Of a stretch of 64,000 bases of DNA, positions 25,682 through 33,969 are shown in pieces. The position numbers and the translations under genes are program-made. Source of the DNA: a virus. The DNA lies in the UHGV virus genome UHGV-0371537; one strand, 5' to 3'. Position 1 is the stretch's first letter. Every line of letters begins with the position of its first letter. Below the pieces are notes generated by a model. That model made no database searches. It saw nothing but the letters and a program-made list of their open reading frames with translations, and was not told where the DNA came from.

Positions 25682-27342
25682 GCATGCGCCACTTAGATCC
25701 GATCCATGCAATCGACTTCTACAAATCAGGGCACATCTATCAGTTCCCTGAAGGCAGCGAGCTGGTGTTCTCCAACGGAACTCCGCGCTCCAACAAACTG
25801 TTCAACTCTCACCTGCCGAAGAACGGCGTGGTGGTCTGGGGCATCCAGGGCTTCATGACTTGGTTCCATGAACTGTTTGACGAAGCATTCTTCCAGCGCC
25901 CGAAGGCCAAGGTGTTGAAGAAGTATGCCCGTCGCATGAACAAAGTCCTGGGTCCAGGTCGTGTTGGTACAGAGCATATTGAAGCCCTGCATGACCTCGG
26001 CTACCTGCCTATCGAAGTCCGTGCGCTGCCCGAAGGCACCATGTGTCCGTATGGCGTTCCGGTGTATGTGATGTTCAACACCTTGCCGGAGTTCTACTGG
26101 CTGACCAACTATCTGGAGACTGTGTTCAGCTCTGAGATCTGGAAGCCGATGACGAACGCCACCATCGCCCTGCATTACAAGGCACTGATGGTGAAAGCCG
26201 CTATCGCTACAGGTGTGTCGCCGGACCATTGGTTCATCGACTACCAAGGCCACGACTTCTCCTTCCGTGGCATGAGCGGGTGGCATGACGCGGCGTCTTC
26301 CGGTTCCGGCCATTTGGTATTCTTCAAAGGCACCGATACCAACCCTGCCCTGGACTTCGTAGAAGAGTATTATGGCGCAGACATCGACGAAGACTATGTC
26401 GTTGCTGGTTCTGTTGCGGCTACCGAACACGCCGTGATGTGTATGGGCACGAAGGATGGTGAATTCGAAACCTTCCGCCGCCTGGTGCAGGACGTGTATC
26501 CTGATGGCATCGTCAGTATCGTATCTGATGCATGGGATTACTGGCAGGTCATCGACGACTATCTCCCTCGCCTGAAAGACATTATCATGGCGCGTAACGG
26601 TAAAGTCGTGATCCGCCCCGACTCGGGCGACCCAGTACACATCGTTGGCGGCTACCGCATCGAGGGGTTCAAAGACCGCGCCACGCTGAACATCAGCGGC
26701 GTGTCTAGCAGCACCGAAGTCATTCACATCGAAGAGACGAACACCTATCACCTGATCACAGGCGAAGGCACGATCAATTCTCTGATGGCAGACGACCGTA
26801 ATATCATCAGCCGTTCTGAAGCAGTCGGCTCTATCCAGCGCCTGTGGGAGATCTTTGGCGGTACTCAAACTGAGACTGGTCACTTCCTTTTGGATGATCA
26901 CATCGGTCTGATCTACGGCGACTCCATCACCCTGGCACGTGAAGACCAGATCTTTAGCCGTCTGGCTGGCCGGAACTTCGCTTCCATCAACGTGGTGTTC
27001 GGTATCGGTTCCTACACCTACCAGATGAACACCCGTGACAGTACTGGCACGGCAGTGAAAGCCACGGCTGGTAAAGTGAACGGCGAATTCCGTGAGATCT
27101 TCAAAGAGCCGAAGACCGACAAAGGCGGGACTAAAAAGTCTGCACGTGGTTTCCTTAAAGTCATTAAAGACTCTCAGGGTAAACTAGTGTTGGTTGACGG
27201 TATCACCTTTGATCAGGTACAAGACGCCGACAACCAGCACCAACTGGTGTATCGTGATGGTAAGTTCTTCAACACTCAGACTCTGGAAGATGCGCGTGTT
27301 CGTGCTGCTCCTCTGGTGGCGGAACTGGCCTCACAAATCTGA
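25678..27342 (+). CDS. nicotinamide phosphoribosyltransferase (NAMPT) homolog; candidate nicotinamide ADP-ribose transferase (Namat)
   Basis: 554 aa; N-terminal AIDFYKSGHIYQF resembles the NAMPT DSYK region; family call from memory; no NMNAT (HxGH) gene seen nearby. Confidence 0.75.
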   Translation: MSMRHLDPIHAIDFYKSGHIYQFPEGSELVFSNGTPRSNKLFNSHLPKNGVVVWGIQGFMTWFHELFDEAFFQRPKAKVLKKYARRMNKVLGPGRVGTEHIEALHDLGYLPIEVRALPEGTMCPYGVPVYVMFNTLPEFYWLTNYLETVFSSEIWKPMTNATIALHYKALMVKAAIATGVSPDHWFIDYQGHDFSFRGMSGWHDAASSGSGHLVFFKGTDTNPALDFVEEYYGADIDEDYVVAGSVAATEHAVMCMGTKDGEFETFRRLVQDVYPDGIVSIVSDAWDYWQVIDDYLPRLKDIIMARNGKVVIRPDSGDPVHIVGGYRIEGFKDRATLNISGVSSSTEVIHIEETNTYHLITGEGTINSLMADDRNIISRSEAVGSIQRLWEIFGGTQTETGHFLLDDHIGLIYGDSITLAREDQIFSRLAGRNFASINVVFGIGSYTYQMNTRDSTGTAVKATAGKVNGEFREIFKEPKTDKGGTKKSARGFLKVIKDSQGKLVLVDGITFDQVQDADNQHQLVYRDGKFFNTQTLEDARVRAAPLVAELASQI

Positions 27343-27350
27343 TAACCGAA

Positions 27351-27373
27351 GGGGAGGCAACTCCCCTGTTTCG
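27351..27373 (+). terminator. hairpin after NAMPT-like gene (weak T-run)
   Basis: GGGGAG-GCAA-CTCCCC then TGTTTCG. Confidence 0.4.
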
Positions 27374-27383
27374 AGGTCGAGGA

Positions 27384-27554
27384 ATGTCCAAACCATTCAA
27401 AAATGCGGGTGTCGACAACCTCGACCGCCGCTTTAGCCCATCGGAAACGCTGATGAGTCAGATTGAACTCAATCGCGATTTCCTGGAACATATGCTGGTC
27501 AAGCCGGAAGGTGAGGCCGAAGACAACCCTGAAGAAGGCAATAACGATGATTGA
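27384..27554 (+). CDS. small acidic protein overlapping the vWA gene start
   Basis: 56-aa ORF MSKPFKNAGV...EEGNNDD; GAGG RBS; stop overlaps vWA start (ATGATTGA); not in ORF track. Confidence 0.35.
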   Translation: MSKPFKNAGVDNLDRRFSPSETLMSQIELNRDFLEHMLVKPEGEAEDNPEEGNNDD

Positions 27555-29808
27555 ATCCCTGGAGTTTAAGAATGCGGTTTCGACTGTTGCTCCGTCCAAC
27601 CATGTAATCGTTGTGGACATCTCTTATTCGATGTACCGTGCGCTCCCTGAAGTCCGTAAGCACCTGAAGGAGAACCTGCCTTCCCTGGTGAAACCGGAAG
27701 ACACTGTGAGCCTCCTATACTTCTCATCCCGTGGCGACTTTGGTACTGTGTTCTCTGGTCGCCAGATCAGTGTTGCGTCTGATCTGAGCGAGCTGAACAA
27801 ACTGATTGATCGCTTCCTGCAACCATCCGGCTGTACTGGTTTTGTTGAACCTCTGGGTCTGGCGGTAGATACTGCGCGCAGTCTGAAGAAACCCGGCTAT
27901 GTCAACAACCTGGCATTCATGACCGATGGTTATGACAACTGCTGGCGCTCCAATGAGATCCTGGCCGTTGCCGAAACCTTGCCATTCGTCTTTGATAACA
28001 TCACTTTCATCGAATACGGCTGGTACTGTAACCGCGAACTGCTGGCTCAGATGTCTGAGCGTTCCGGCGCGACTCACGTGTTCGCCGAAGGCCAGACTGA
28101 ATATCAGACTGAGCTGGAAAACGTGTTGAAGTCCTCGGTGCCGAAGGTTCGTGTTGACGTTCCTCTGGTGTACACTCACGCCATTTATGTCGAAAACGGC
28201 GTAGCAACCGTGCTGGCGGTGCAAGCCGAAGCAAGAATGGATTTCCAGATTGGCGATGAGTCCGTAAAACGGAAAGTGATTGAAGTAGGCCACGTGAGCA
28301 TCCCTGAGAGCGTCACGAAGCTGTGGGTTGTCAATCCTAACATGATCGACCAGCTTGATGCGCTGGCGGACATCCAGGCGGCATACGTGCTGGCGTTCTA
28401 CGGCGTACACATCATGGACGCAGACCTGGTGTGGGCTGCACTGAAGAAAACGGGCGACGTTCGCTTCATCAAACAGTACAGCAACTGCTTCACCAAGCAG
28501 GACTACTCCAACATCAAAGTTGATCTGACCCAGGCCATCGTTGATGACCAGCTGCGCGGCGTTGATGGTATCGATTACAATATGGTCCCGGCTGAAGATG
28601 CCACGACCGTGGTTGATGTGCTGACGTACCTGGCCGAAGCTGGCGTGTCTGTTGCCACCAAGCACCCGATGTTCTCCTACAAGAGTATCGGTCGCGGTAC
28701 TGTACAGAAAGCCGACGACACCGAAGACAAACTGGCCGAAGAAATCGCGAACGCCCAGTCCAAAGAAGAGCGCAAAGCCCTGGCTCTCAAGCTGGCCGAG
28801 CACGAAGAGTGGACGCCGTCGTTTGAACCTGCCAATGATCTGGGTGTGGTTCCAATCAGCGACCTGGTCTATAACTCCGAGCGCCCGAACATCAGTGTGC
28901 GGACAGTGCAGCATGGTACTGTTGCAGTTCCTGAGTTCGCGCAGAAGAAGTACGGCCTGCCTGAAGAACTTGACACCTTCCAGTGGCGCAATTACACCAT
29001 CGTCAAAGATGGTATCATCAACGTGAAGACTCTACCGTTTAGACATACCGAATCACCAGTCCGGGGTGCTGAGGTTGTGCAAAAGCTGATCGAGATGGGC
29101 GTTCACGTGTTTGGTGGTCCAGAAGTGTTCATCTTGAACCTGGAAAGCGTACCGCTGGTCAACCGTGCGATGGTCAAGAACATCAGTGCTGCTCAGTTCT
29201 TTGCGGACAATGTCCGCCTGGAAGCCCTGAAAGGCAAGCAGAAGGTGCTGAAGTTCTATCGCGACGCTCTGGTTGGTAAAGGCAATGCCAAAGGTCTGGC
29301 TATTCAGTACGGCGCTGAGGCCGCAGAATACCTGTCTGGTGTTGGCATTCGCGATTACGGCTTCTCGCCGAAGACTGAGACCAAGGAGTCTACCGACTTC
29401 TACATGAGCCGTGAGCTGAACGTTAAGATCGCTGGCGCTTCTTCCCTGCCGAGCATCGCAGCGGTACAGAAGAAGATTGCCGACAAAAAGACTCTCAATG
29501 CGGGTGATATGTTCATCGCCAATGCCCTGAAAGAGTACGATGCATTCGTGAAGTCCCCGGCGATCACTGCCGTGCCTGAAGCCGTACAGAAACAGCTGAT
29601 CGAAAACTGGATCGACGCTGCTGCCAAGGCGGCCATCACTGAAGTCCGCGCTCTGAACAAGACGCTGTCTAAAGTGGTTTATGGTATCGTTGCTGGCCAC
29701 GGCTGGTTCACCGACCTCGACCTGGAAGAGTCCACCATGGAAGTTGAAGTGGATGGCGTGAAGTACAAGGTCACTGCCGAACTGGCAGAGAAAGAGATCA
29801 AAATCTAA
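27547..29808 (+). CDS. von Willebrand factor A (vWA) domain protein, 753 aa
   Basis: MIDAS-like HVIVVDISYSMY (DxSxS) with downstream T and MTDGYDN; start moved to ATG 27547 (GAAGAAGG RBS); rest unassigned. Confidence 0.65.
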   Translation: MIESLEFKNAVSTVAPSNHVIVVDISYSMYRALPEVRKHLKENLPSLVKPEDTVSLLYFSSRGDFGTVFSGRQISVASDLSELNKLIDRFLQPSGCTGFVEPLGLAVDTARSLKKPGYVNNLAFMTDGYDNCWRSNEILAVAETLPFVFDNITFIEYGWYCNRELLAQMSERSGATHVFAEGQTEYQTELENVLKSSVPKVRVDVPLVYTHAIYVENGVATVLAVQAEARMDFQIGDESVKRKVIEVGHVSIPESVTKLWVVNPNMIDQLDALADIQAAYVLAFYGVHIMDADLVWAALKKTGDVRFIKQYSNCFTKQDYSNIKVDLTQAIVDDQLRGVDGIDYNMVPAEDATTVVDVLTYLAEAGVSVATKHPMFSYKSIGRGTVQKADDTEDKLAEEIANAQSKEERKALALKLAEHEEWTPSFEPANDLGVVPISDLVYNSERPNISVRTVQHGTVAVPEFAQKKYGLPEELDTFQWRNYTIVKDGIINVKTLPFRHTESPVRGAEVVQKLIEMGVHVFGGPEVFILNLESVPLVNRAMVKNISAAQFFADNVRLEALKGKQKVLKFYRDALVGKGNAKGLAIQYGAEAAEYLSGVGIRDYGFSPKTETKESTDFYMSRELNVKIAGASSLPSIAAVQKKIADKKTLNAGDMFIANALKEYDAFVKSPAITAVPEAVQKQLIENWIDAAAKAAITEVRALNKTLSKVVYGIVAGHGWFTDLDLEESTMEVEVDGVKYKVTAELAEKEIKI

Positions 29809-29815
29809 TCCAACA

Positions 29816-29839
29816 GGCGGGGCAACCCCGCCTTTCTTT
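29816..29839 (+). terminator. rho-independent terminator after vWA gene
   Basis: GGCGGGG-CAA-CCCCGCC then TTTCTTT. Confidence 0.7.
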
Positions 29840-29851
29840 GGGAGAAGTAAC

Positions 29852-30175
29852 ATGAGCGGTAAACCAACATATGTTGAGGTAATGCGCCACCTGGCCCGGT
29901 ACGCCACCGATAATCTGAATATGGATCTGTGGCGTGACGATGACAAGCGCAAACTGCTGGATGATGTGGCGGCTCAAAACGAGGATGCCCTGGACAAGCT
30001 GGCTGGCCTCCGCACCAAGAAAGACCTCGGCGGCGACGAACTCGATGCCATAGAAATCGTAATGGATCTCGAAGAAGAGTTTCAGGTCGAAATCGACGAC
30101 GGTTGGCTGGGTAGTAAAGGCGATGACCCGACCATGGGTGAACTCGCTGAACTCGTGGTCGCCCTGCGCAAATAA
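29852..30175 (+). CDS. acyl carrier protein-like protein with acceptor Ser replaced by Glu
   Basis: DLGGDELDAIEIVMDLEEEFQVEI vs E. coli AcpP [24 protein letters not shown]; the phosphopantetheine-accepting S of DSL is E here. Confidence 0.7.
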   Translation: MSGKPTYVEVMRHLARYATDNLNMDLWRDDDKRKLLDDVAAQNEDALDKLAGLRTKKDLGGDELDAIEIVMDLEEEFQVEIDDGWLGSKGDDPTMGELAELVVALRK

Positions 30176-30181
30176 CAGAAG

Positions 30182-30207
30182 TCCCCAACAAACGTTGGGG
30201 ATTTTTA
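30182..30207 (+). terminator. rho-independent terminator after ACP-like gene
   Basis: TCCCCAAC-AAAC-GTTGGGGA then TTTTT. Confidence 0.7.
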
Positions 30208-30217
30208 CTTTTAGGGG

Positions 30218-30246
30218 TTTACTTCCTCTAAGGAATGTCCTATTAT
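30218..30246 (+). promoter_or_regulatory. early-type sigma70-like promoter (TTTACT-N17-TATTAT)
   Basis: -35 TTTACT 30218-30223, -10 TATTAT 30241-30246; directly after terminator 30182-30207. Confidence 0.5.
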
Positions 30247-30297
30247 TCAATAACTGGCGAACGATGGGTTCATCAGGTTGAAAGGTAAGATTATATC

Positions 30298-30537
30298 ATG
30301 AAGAACAAAATGGTCGAAACTTCAGTAGAGATTGATCGCAATTGGGGCTTGCTGCGCGCAAAGGGGTTCCGTCGTGTGTATGCGACCAAAGAAGTCTACG
30401 CACAGCGCCGTGACGTTATTATCAGTAAGAAGGGTAAAGAGTGGGTTGCTGAAGAAGTCGATGTTGAGACTGGCGTCGTCGGCAAGATAAAGGCCAAATC
30501 TGCAATTCTCTTCGCTCTTCTGAAGCATATCAGTTAA
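30298..30537 (+). CDS. hypothetical small basic protein
   Basis: 79 aa behind TTTACT-N17-TATTAT promoter and GATTATATC-ATG context. Confidence 0.45.
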   Translation: MKNKMVETSVEIDRNWGLLRAKGFRRVYATKEVYAQRRDVIISKKGKEWVAEEVDVETGVVGKIKAKSAILFALLKHIS

Positions 30538-30597
30538 TTCTATAAACCCACGGCGGGGTATGTTTACTCCGCCTATTTGACATCAAGAGACTATATC

Positions 30598-30975
30598 ATG
30601 AAAAAGTTAATCCTCGCTGTTGCTATGCTGGGCGCTTCCTTTGCTGCTGTTTCCGCTCCTACTGTCATCACCGGAGTGTCTACCAACGGCGTTTATGCTT
30701 TCAAGGCGTATGGACAAGACCTCGTCCTGTATAAGAACGGGAAGATGATTGAGCGCTGTGTAGCGGACGGTGTAAACCGTGGGATCGACAATCAGGGCAG
30801 TCCGTTCATTCTGGACTTCTATGCCTGCTCCAACGGGACGAAGACCTTTGGTGTCAAGACCTTCGGCAACGTCGCCGACGGCGGTTGGGGGTTTATGGTT
30901 GAAACCCGCAATCGCCGCCCGGTCACGACTATTGAAGAAGAGTTCTTGATCTCTGTCGGGGGTGGTTCGTTATGA
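30598..30975 (+). CDS. secreted (periplasmic) protein with Sec signal peptide
   Basis: MKKLILAVAMLGASFAAVSA signal peptide; GAGACTATATC-ATG initiation context. Confidence 0.55.
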   Translation: MKKLILAVAMLGASFAAVSAPTVITGVSTNGVYAFKAYGQDLVLYKNGKMIERCVADGVNRGIDNQGSPFILDFYACSNGTKTFGVKTFGNVADGGWGFMVETRNRRPVTTIEEEFLISVGGGSL

Positions 30976-31259
30976 AAAAGGACGAAGAACTCGCTCTATT
31001 CTCTATGGTGCGCAGTGAAGTCGAAACAGGTTTCAGGGAGACAGACGCGATTATTGACTTAATGAAAGTCAAAAACGATATCGACAATGAACGGTACAAA
31101 ACAGCGCTCTACGGCCTTCTCGAGTTCATTCTGCGCAAGGCCGATCTTGGTCCTGTCGACACCCTTGATGATCTGACCAAGCTGTTGAACACGGGCGGGG
31201 AAACTTTCGACACCGCTCGTATCCTGATTGACGGTGGACCTGAAGAAGACGAGGTGTGA
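30972..31259 (+). CDS. hypothetical acidic protein
   Basis: 95 aa, ATGA overlap with upstream gene. Confidence 0.45.
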   Translation: MKKDEELALFSMVRSEVETGFRETDAIIDLMKVKNDIDNERYKTALYGLLEFILRKADLGPVDTLDDLTKLLNTGGETFDTARILIDGGPEEDEV

Positions 31260-31260
31260 T

Positions 31261-31347
31261 ATGGACTGGGGAATTATTCTTCAATGTGTTGCTACTTTCG
31301 TCTTGGTGTTCCTGATTGTGTTCTGTTTTGGTTTCAGGATGCGCTAA
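31261..31347 (+). CDS. very small hydrophobic peptide
   Basis: 28 aa MDWGIILQCVATFVLVFLIVFCFGFRMR, single TM-like segment; start 1 nt after upstream stop; speculative. Confidence 0.3.
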   Translation: MDWGIILQCVATFVLVFLIVFCFGFRMR

Positions 31348-31380
31348 CTAAGGGATAATCCATATCCCGAGGTGAATCTC

Positions 31381-31830
31381 ATGTTCATGTCTTCCTTCAT
31401 AGACTGGTTGAACATTATCAACGGCCTGAGGATTCCTGTTGGAAATCTCGGGCTTTCTCGTTCTTCTATGCCACAGATTGACGATGACAAGCAGCAGGCG
31501 TTCCATGACTACCTGGAGGAACTCGGCATCACTATCGATGCTGGCCAGGTTCCTATCAAATCGCTCCGTCTCACCCAGAACGAAATCAACAAGATGAAGG
31601 TCTGGAAGATCATGAAGAACATTCGAAACAAGAAGCCGATGGGTCGGGTTTGGGTGTCTTCTGACAATTATGTGGTCGACGGCTCCCACCGCTATGTTGC
31701 TGCCCTGAACATGGATGATCGCCAGCGCATCAAGGTCTACAAAGTGGACATGCCAGCGATGGAGTTCGTCAAGGTTGCCAAGCAGTTCAAGGGTGTGAAG
31801 TTCAGAACTGTATCTGATGCCCGATACTAA
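31381..31830 (+). CDS. ParB/sulfiredoxin-like N-terminal domain protein (ParB-like nuclease domain)
   Basis: YVVDGSHRYVAA resembles the ParB-family DGxHR motif; GAGGTG RBS before ATG 31381. Confidence 0.5.
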   Translation: MFMSSFIDWLNIINGLRIPVGNLGLSRSSMPQIDDDKQQAFHDYLEELGITIDAGQVPIKSLRLTQNEINKMKVWKIMKNIRNKKPMGRVWVSSDNYVVDGSHRYVAALNMDDRQRIKVYKVDMPAMEFVKVAKQFKGVKFRTVSDARY

Positions 31831-31914
31831 TCTGAATACGATAGTTTATTGAAACCCTTTACTCAACATGGTGAGCCGCCTATCATTTCATCCAATGAAA
31901 TAAGGAGAATCACC

Positions 31915-32601
31915 ATGAAACGTTTAATCCTCGGGGTCGTGCTGGCTGGTCTGGCATTACCCGCCGCCGCCAAGCTGAACTCCACAGGTGACAAACTGTG
32001 GTCTGATCTTTCCTACTGTGCTGGGTTCTCCCAGGCAGTCGCCATCGACAAGTCTGGTTCCATAGAGAACTTTGCTGAACTCTGGAACACGGGCAACGTC
32101 TCCACTGCTGTGGTCAATGCTGGGATTGAGTTCAACCGTTACAAACAGGGAGCCTATAACCTCAAGGGCTACCTCAATGACGATGAATTTAATCGAGGCG
32201 GAATGGAGGCTGGCGATTTGATCATGACTGGCCGAATGGGCACCCAAGGCCGAATGACAGTCAGACAGTGCCGTTCGCTTCCTTCTCCGGCATTACAGAA
32301 GGGTGTGCAGATAGGCCGCCGTCACCTGAACCTCATCAACGATGGCAACCAGTGCATCAAAGTATTCGAATACAGCGCTACACAGACCTCTGATCGCGTC
32401 CTGAAGAAGGAATGGCGTACTCGCGCTCTTGGTCTCAGAGCCTGGCTGGTTGAGAACGATCATTATTTTGAGGATCGTGTTCAGAACGGTCTGAAAGACC
32501 TGGCCACGAATCTGAGCGTGAACCTTGATGATCCTCGCATGTCGCGCGAACTTCAGCAGACTCGTGTTGACTGCGACAATATGATGAAGGAGAACGAGTG
32601 A
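31915..32601 (+). CDS. secreted protein with Sec signal peptide
   Basis: MKRLILGVVLAGLALPAAA signal peptide; AAGGAG RBS. Confidence 0.55.
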   Translation: MKRLILGVVLAGLALPAAAKLNSTGDKLWSDLSYCAGFSQAVAIDKSGSIENFAELWNTGNVSTAVVNAGIEFNRYKQGAYNLKGYLNDDEFNRGGMEAGDLIMTGRMGTQGRMTVRQCRSLPSPALQKGVQIGRRHLNLINDGNQCIKVFEYSATQTSDRVLKKEWRTRALGLRAWLVENDHYFEDRVQNGLKDLATNLSVNLDDPRMSRELQQTRVDCDNMMKENE

Positions 32602-32915
32602 TGAAAGGTAAAATCCTACTCCTGCTGTTACTGATGACCGGGTGTGTAAACGCTACACCACCGTCTAAACTGAATACCTGCGCCGCCTGGATGGAGACGT
32701 ATCAGCAGTTCCACCCAGATGACAAAGATACATCTATCCTCCTGTCTGACTTCGAGGGGGAGCTGAAGCGCCTTGATCTGTTCAGTGTTGATCAGATAGA
32801 GAATGCGCTGGATCTTCCCATGATGCTGACTGCGGCTGATAACAGCCCACAGACGAAGAAAGATCTGATGTATTGCCGGGGGATTGCCCAAGACTTTGTT
32901 GGCGTTTCAAAATAG
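32598..32915 (+). CDS. predicted lipoprotein
   Basis: MMKGKILLLLLLMTGC with lipobox L-M-T-G-C; ATGA overlap with upstream secreted-protein gene. Confidence 0.55.
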   Translation: MMKGKILLLLLLMTGCVNATPPSKLNTCAAWMETYQQFHPDDKDTSILLSDFEGELKRLDLFSVDQIENALDLPMMLTAADNSPQTKKDLMYCRGIAQDFVGVSK

Positions 32916-32965
32916 ATTTCAGGGTAAAATTTAACCCTCCATTGAAATTGAAGGAATACATTGTG

Positions 32966-33913
32966 ATGCTCCTGACGAAAACAATCGCTGCGGCGATCAT
33001 CGAAAAGAATAAATCATTCGCTCCAAACTCAGCGCGGGTGATGCTCGTACATGATGACGCCCGTGTCATCTTCGCCGAGAAGTTCGAGCAAGGCTCTACA
33101 TTCTGGTTCGCTGACACCATGCGTGAAAGCAAACTGCAGGGCATCATCCACAAACTGACTTTGGTTGCCAAGCGCAATGATCAGGGCGACTGGGTGGGTG
33201 TTTCCGACTTCAGTACGAAGATCACACCAAAGGCTCCGCTTTCTCGTCAAGAGCGCATTCTGGAAGCCCAGGAAAAGCTGCGTGCGGCTCGGAGCACACC
33301 GAAGGCGAAACCAGATGCAAGTCCGGTCATAACTCCTGCCACCAAACTGCCTCCCGTGAGCGAAAAGTCTGTTGAGCAATATGCGGAGAAGCGCAAGGGT
33401 GTGGTTGTGGAATCACAACGTCTGGTGAAAACAGAGAATGGTCACGCAGTTGTCAAGACCGAAAAGACTGTAGAACCCTTTAAGGATTCTTCAAAATCAG
33501 CTGTTGAAGTCGTGTCCGCAGTAACTGAAGTTGTCAGTAAAGTTCGCGAAGACATGATCGCCTTGGGTGCCTTGAGCGAACCCTCTGAATTCATTTCCCT
33601 GCGCGAACTTGAACCGCCTGCCCGCCGCCGGGTTGCCAATGAGATGTTTGTATCATTCAGGCCGGATGGAAAGATCATTCTGTGTAAAGCCCTGCGCGAT
33701 GCACTCCCTTGGACAACTCTGAACATGATGGTGACCCGCGACTTCAAACGTTTCGGTGTCTGTGCTGGAAAGGACTACAACGTCAACCAGAGCGGGACTT
33801 ATGTCAACCGCGCCATGTGCTCCAAGCTGACCTTCCCAGAAGATTCCGGAACTATCCGTGTCGTCGTAGAGTGGGATGACAAGCTGAACATGTATGTTGG
33901 CGATTTCCAATAA
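32966..33913 (+). CDS. hypothetical protein
   Basis: 315 aa from ATG 32966 (AAGGAA RBS); Lys/Pro-rich central linker; no motif assigned. Confidence 0.5.
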   Translation: MLLTKTIAAAIIEKNKSFAPNSARVMLVHDDARVIFAEKFEQGSTFWFADTMRESKLQGIIHKLTLVAKRNDQGDWVGVSDFSTKITPKAPLSRQERILEAQEKLRAARSTPKAKPDASPVITPATKLPPVSEKSVEQYAEKRKGVVVESQRLVKTENGHAVVKTEKTVEPFKDSSKSAVEVVSAVTEVVSKVREDMIALGALSEPSEFISLRELEPPARRRVANEMFVSFRPDGKIILCKALRDALPWTTLNMMVTRDFKRFGVCAGKDYNVNQSGTYVNRAMCSKLTFPEDSGTIRVVVEWDDKLNMYVGDFQ

Positions 33914-33969
33914 TCAATAACCTCGGGCGGCTTATCATAAAGTCGCCCTTTCATTTGAGAGACTATATC

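Noticed and set aside
25726-26901. 391-aa minus-strand ORF inside the NAMPT-like gene
   Set aside because: Antisense shadow ORF fully within a + strand gene that has clear homology; no RBS or motif.
24827-27342. Complete canonical NAD salvage operon (NAMPT plus NMNAT)
   Set aside because: No gene with an HxGH nucleotidyltransferase motif or a Nudix box in the surrounding 10 kb, so the pair is treated as a two-enzyme cassette.
27724-28914. 396-aa minus-strand ORF inside the vWA gene
   Set aside because: Antisense shadow ORF; the + strand frame carries the vWA motif and the operon context.
21423-29808. rIIA/rIIB identity for the 672-aa and 753-aa proteins
   Set aside because: No GHKL ATPase motifs of rIIA and no resemblance to recalled T4 rIIB; the 753-aa protein is instead vWA-like.
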